Below, piece by piece: positions 62,421 through 63,527 of a stretch of DNA of 63,527 bases. The notes below the pieces were generated by a model that was not told where the DNA came from, did not search any database, and saw only the letters and a program-made list of their open reading frames with translations. Source of the DNA: Octopus bimaculoides (lineage: Eukaryota); contig NC_069003.1 in the NCBI RefSeq assembly GCF_001194135.2, forward strand, positions 6,962,428 through 7,025,954, given 5' to 3'. Made by a program: the position numbers and the translations under genes. Positions within the stretch are counted from its first letter, which is position 1; each line of letters begins with the position of its first letter.

Positions 62421-62639
62421 AAGGCGGCGGTGAGCTGGCAGAAACGTTAGCATGCTGAACGAAATGCTTAGTGGTATTTCGTCTGTCTTTACGTTGTGAG
62501 TTCAAATTCCACCGAGGTCAACTTTGCCTTTCACCCTATCGGGAGGTTGATAAATTAAGTACCAGCTACGTACTGGGGTCGATCTAATCGACTGGTCCCC
62601 TCCCCCAAAATTTCAGGCCTTGTCTCTAGAGTAGAAAAG
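62421..62639 (+). mobile_element. Intact SINE family E copy with 13-bp TSD
   Basis: GGCGGTGAGCTGGCAGAAACGTTAG head, B-box-like GAGTTCAAATTCC; ATTATGTACATGT at 62408-62420 and 62640-62652. Confidence 0.85.
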
Positions 62640-62818
62640 ATTATGTACATGTGAGTGCTTGTGCATTTTAAGATTGAGATTGCCTTCGCTTACCTCCGCT
62701 GGTAATGGGATATTGTCGGTGTTCAGCTTCTGAACACTTTGGCCCTCTCAAGTTCCTCAATGTCCCCACATTCCTTCAGCCTCTTCACTGCCTTTCTTCC
62801 AGGCCAACAAATGCTTAA

Positions 62819-63032
62819 ACCCTTTAGCATTCAGATTACTATCAAATGTAAATTATTATCTTATTCATTGTTTTGAATTAATCATGCCTTATCTTGTAGC
62901 TTCGAGATTTCCATGACACATTCGAATATTTTTAGAATGACATTGCAGGGTAGTCGTGCAAGGCCCGATCCGGTCAGTTTGAACACAAAACAAGTATTTG
63001 GACAAGATATGTCTGGTTGGAATGCTAAAGAG
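62819..63032. mobile_element. piggyBac-like MITE
   Basis: TTAA-ACCCTTTAGCATT ... AATGCTAAAGAG-TCAA termini. Confidence 0.6.
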
Positions 63033-63527
63033 TCAACTCTTACTGGTGTGTTAAGTGACATTTCATCTCCCTTCAGAAAGTATTTAATCAAATTTGGTAT
63101 ATGCAAGATGGATATACTGTATCAACCTGAGAGGACAAAAAGCACTGCATTCTAAATTCTTGACACTGGCACTGTTACAACTCTTCTAATACAGATTCCA
63201 GCTGAGTTCATTTCGCACCAAGGTCAACTTCACCATTCAGGGGTCAAAAAAAAAAAAAAAAAAAAGTTGGTTTCAAATCTTGGCACAAGATCAACAAGTT
63301 AAGGGGAAGGGTTAAGTTGACTAGATTGACCCCAATGCTGACTATGAAGGTTCATTGCCTTAAGTAAATAAATACCCCAAAAGGATGAAAGGTAAAGTTG
63401 ACCTCAGTGGAATTTGAACTCGAACTCCTGACTCCAATATAGTGGTTTCAAATTTTGGCACAAGGCCAGCAAGTTCAGGAGAGACAGTAAGAGTTACATC
63501 GACCCCAATGCTTATTTTATCAACCCC

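Noticed and set aside
62690-62810. Minus-strand exon-like segment with donor GAG/GTAAGC
   Set aside because: All frames contain stops, the acceptor is supplied by a MITE end, and the peptide RKAVKRLKECGDIE resembles a Tc1 N-terminal remnant

Overview
Eukaryotic, AT-rich, microsatellite-laden scaffold with many N-gaps. The repeat families look like those of an octopus (coleoid cephalopod) genome; this is inference. Most ORFs in the supplied track are artefacts of microsatellites or N-runs. Manual splicing gives three protein-coding genes, all on the + strand. (1) A 6-exon, 370-aa type I membrane protein: signal peptide, one NIDO domain, TM helix, Pro-rich tail (7953-29359). (2) POLD2, DNA polymerase delta subunit 2, with 10 coding exons (36829-51793); the start of exon 2 lies in an N-gap. 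(3) A divergent 2-exon, 89-aa heterotrimeric G-protein gamma subunit with a Lys/Asp-Glu N-terminal extension and a C-terminal CaaX motif CLVL (54298-58060). The rest is retroposons (three tRNA-type SINE families, RTE and R4/Dong-like LINE fragments, a Penelope GIY-YIG fragment with hammerhead-ribozyme-like motifs), two solo-LTR-like elements, mariner/hAT/piggyBac/Helentron-type remnants and MITEs, and two minisatellites. Speculative signals include a spliced transcript divergent from the POLD2 ETS promoter, two poison-exon candidates in POLD2, and several fold-back structures. There is no CRISPR array, rRNA or true tRNA.
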